Shown: piece after piece, positions 62,073-64,000 of the stretch
Layout: each line of letters opens with the position of its first letter
Position numbering within the stretch: the stretch's first letter is position 1
Source: an uncultured Eubacteriales bacterium
GTDB lineage: Bacteria; Bacillota; Clostridia; Oscillospirales; Acutalibacteraceae
DNA: 64,000 bases
NCBI GenBank assembly: GCA_934675165.1
Contig: CAKUPP010000002.1
Span: 3,718-67,717 of the forward strand
Direction: 5' to 3'
Notes under the pieces: generated by a model
What the model saw: the letters and a program-made list of their open reading frames with translations, nothing else
Told to the model about the DNA's origin: nothing
Databases searched by the model: none
Program-made: the position numbers and the translations under genes

Positions 62073-64000
62073 TTACAAAATGTGGAAAGCTAACGTAAGT
62101 GCCGCAAAAACTATAGAAACCATGGACGTTAATTTAATGAGGATGTTAATCGAAGGACCTGATGTATCTTTAAACGGATCACCAACAGTATCTCCTACAA
62201 CCGCAGCTTTATGGCAATTCGAACCTTTTCCTCCCAAATTTCCAGCTTCAATATACTTTTTAGCATTATCCCACGCTCCACCTGCGTTAGACATCATAAT
62301 TGCAAGAACAAATCCAGTAATAGTAGTTCCAGCAAGAAACCCAGCAACACCGTTTACACCCAATACAAAACCAACAACTATTGGAACAATAACTGCCAAA
62401 ATCGCAGGTAAAATCATGAGTTTTTGAGAAGATTTTGTACACAAATCAACACATGATCCATAATCAGGTTCAACTTCTCCTTCTAAAAGCCCTGGAATAT
62501 TTTTAAACTGACGCCTTACTTCCAAAACAATACTTTGTGCTGCTTTCCCTACTGCATCCATCGTAAGTGCGGCAAAAAGAAACGGAATCATCGCACCAAC
62601 AAAAAGTCCTACAAGAACAGATGGATTTGTAATATTCAAGTTAAACTTTGTTCCAGGAGAAAGTAAACGCACTTCAGAAATATATGCCGCTATAAGAGCA
62701 AGCGCAGTAAGTGCTGCAGAACCAATTGCAAATCCCTTGCCAGTTGCTGCCGTAGTATTCCCTAAAGAATCCAACGCATCTGTCCTTTCACGTACTTCTT
62801 CACCCATACCGGACATTTCAGCTATTCCACCAGCATTATCTGCAATGGGACCATACGCATCCGTCGCAAGAGTAATTCCTAAAGTAGAAAGCATTCCCAC
62901 TGCTGCAACACCTATTCCGTACAAGCCACGATTAAAACATACCACATTATTCACACTTCCGCCACACACAAAAAAGCTTACTATAACCGCAGCCCCTACA
63001 ATTATTACAGGTAATACCGTGGAATTCATACCAAGAGATAATCCTCCCATAATAACAGTTGCAGAACCAGTTTCAGATGTTTTTGCAAGTTTTCTAGTAG
63101 GAGAATATGTATCTGACGTAAAATATTCAGTAGTAAATCCAATAAGGACACCAGAAACAAGTCCTGCGATAACTGCATAAAATACACCTGTATTAGTTGG
63201 AATTAATGATTTTATTACAAAATACGAAATAAAAGCAATTAAAGCTGCACTTATGTACGTTCCAGTTCTTAAAGATCTCAAAAGATTTTTTTGAGTAGCA
63301 TTTTCTTTTGTCCTTACAAAAAAGGTACCAAAAATTGAAGCCACTATACCCAAAGCCGCAATTAACATCGGAACAGCCATACCGTTTTTTCCAAATCCTG
63401 CCCCAACTGCTAGTGCACTTGTAGAAACTATAGAACCAACATAAGATTCATATAAGTCAGCACCCATACCAGCCACATCGCCTACATTATCACCTACGTT
63501 GTCAGCAATAACAGCAGGATTCCTGGGATCATCTTCAGGTATGCCAGCTTCTACTTTACCAACTAAATCAGCACCAACATCAGCAGCTTTCGTGAATATC
63601 CCTCCACCAACGCGTGCAAATAAAGCCATACAAGATGCACCCATACCAAATGTTAACATATTCGAAGTAATATTTTGTACTCTTAAAGATTCATTTGCAA
63701 TTACCTCTACATTTGTATACCAATATTTAAGAAAAAAATACCAAATCGATAAATCTAAAAGTCCTAACCCAACAACAACAAATCCCATAACTGCACCAGC
63801 TGAAAAAGCCACTCTAAGTCCTCTGTTTAATCCTTTTTGTGCAGCACATGCTGTACGATTATTTGCCATTGTAGCAGTCTTCATTCCAATAAATCCAGAC
63901 ATTGCTGAAAAAAATCCACCAGTTAAAAATGCAAATGGAACAAAATGATTTAAATACCCTAAACACGAAAGAGTAATTAATACAGCAAATACAACCGCAA
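62073..64000 (-). CDS. hppA: Membrane-integral pyrophosphate-energised cation pump. It is partial, and the N-terminus lies beyond the right edge.
   Basis: GGAWDNAKKYIE, DTVGDPFKDTSGPS, and GNTTAATGKGFAIGSA (Ala rather than Lys after TT, the pattern I recall for K+-dependent enzymes). The frame stays open upstream of the track's Met through position 64000. Confidence 0.9.
   Translation of the reverse strand, partial: AVVFAVLITLSCLGYLNHFVPFAFLTGGFFSAMSGFIGMKTATMANNRTACAAQKGLNRGLRVAFSAGAVMGFVVVGLGLLDLSIWYFFLKYWYTNVEVIANESLRVQNITSNMLTFGMGASCMALFARVGGGIFTKAADVGADLVGKVEAGIPEDDPRNPAVIADNVGDNVGDVAGMGADLYESYVGSIVSTSALAVGAGFGKNGMAVPMLIAALGIVASIFGTFFVRTKENATQKNLLRSLRTGTYISAALIAFISYFVIKSLIPTNTGVFYAVIAGLVSGVLIGFTTEYFTSDTYSPTRKLAKTSETGSATVIMGGLSLGMNSTVLPVIIVGAAVIVSFFVCGGSVNNVVCFNRGLYGIGVAAVGMLSTLGITLATDAYGPIADNAGGIAEMSGMGEEVRERTDALDSLGNTTAATGKGFAIGSAALTALALIAAYISEVRLLSPGTKFNLNITNPSVLVGLFVGAMIPFLFAALTMDAVGKAAQSIVLEVRRQFKNIPGLLEGEVEPDYGSCVDLCTKSSQKLMILPAILAVIVPIVVGFVLGVNGVAGFLAGTTITGFVLAIMMSNAGGAWDNAKKYIEAGNLGGKGSNCHKAAVVGDTVGDPFKDTSGPSINILIKLTSMVSIVFAALTLAFHIL

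Noticed and set aside
62056-63948. Plus-strand ORFs of 66-149 aa.
   Set aside because: They are antisense to the pyrophosphatase gene, whose motifs are unmistakable. The Pro/Thr/Ala-rich translations are typical reverse-frame artefacts.

Overview
Low-GC (about 30% by eye) chromosomal segment of an endospore-forming Firmicute, Clostridia-like. Most of the window is conserved housekeeping. This includes rpsF-ssb-rpsR, nth, secG, spo0A and spoIVB, a nine-gene V-type ATPase operon and the rpmG-secE-nusG-rplKAJL cluster. It also includes upp/rpiB/tsaBE, an amino-acid ABC importer, ftsK, uppP, mnmA, CIRCE-groESL and a membrane pyrophosphatase. I saw no rRNA, tRNA, CRISPR array, transposase or integrase. 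Accessory content sits in islands between these blocks. (1) The strongest candidate for a new system is a tightly coupled seven-gene minus-strand operon at 46560..52195. It encodes an 80-aa precursor whose uncharged core carries eight Cys at exact 3-residue spacing (CxxC ladder) followed by a Gly/Ala/Ser/Thr-rich half. Downstream are two radical-SAM/SPASM enzymes, an ABC ATPase, two polytopic membrane proteins and a cytoplasmic S41-type peptidase. Two perfect Spo0A-box heptamers lie in its upstream region. (2) A stand-alone three-gene bacteriocin-type exporter at 9633..14597 has no precursor gene next to it. It comprises a short HlyD-like adaptor, a C39-peptidase ABC and a second ABC. (3) Two tandem paralogs combine a signal peptide, a GT8 glycosyltransferase domain and a ricin-B lectin domain. 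(4) BspA-like leucine-rich-repeat surface proteins are present, one of them fused to a guanylate-kinase-like domain. (5) A sensor module comprises a HAMP protein with a degenerate cyclase-homology domain, a MORN-repeat protein and a divergently transcribed LysM protein. (6) An orphan consensus promoter plus intrinsic terminator brackets a transcript of about 50 nt upstream of rpsF. All functional calls rest on motifs read from the supplied translations and on my own reverse translation. No database search was run.
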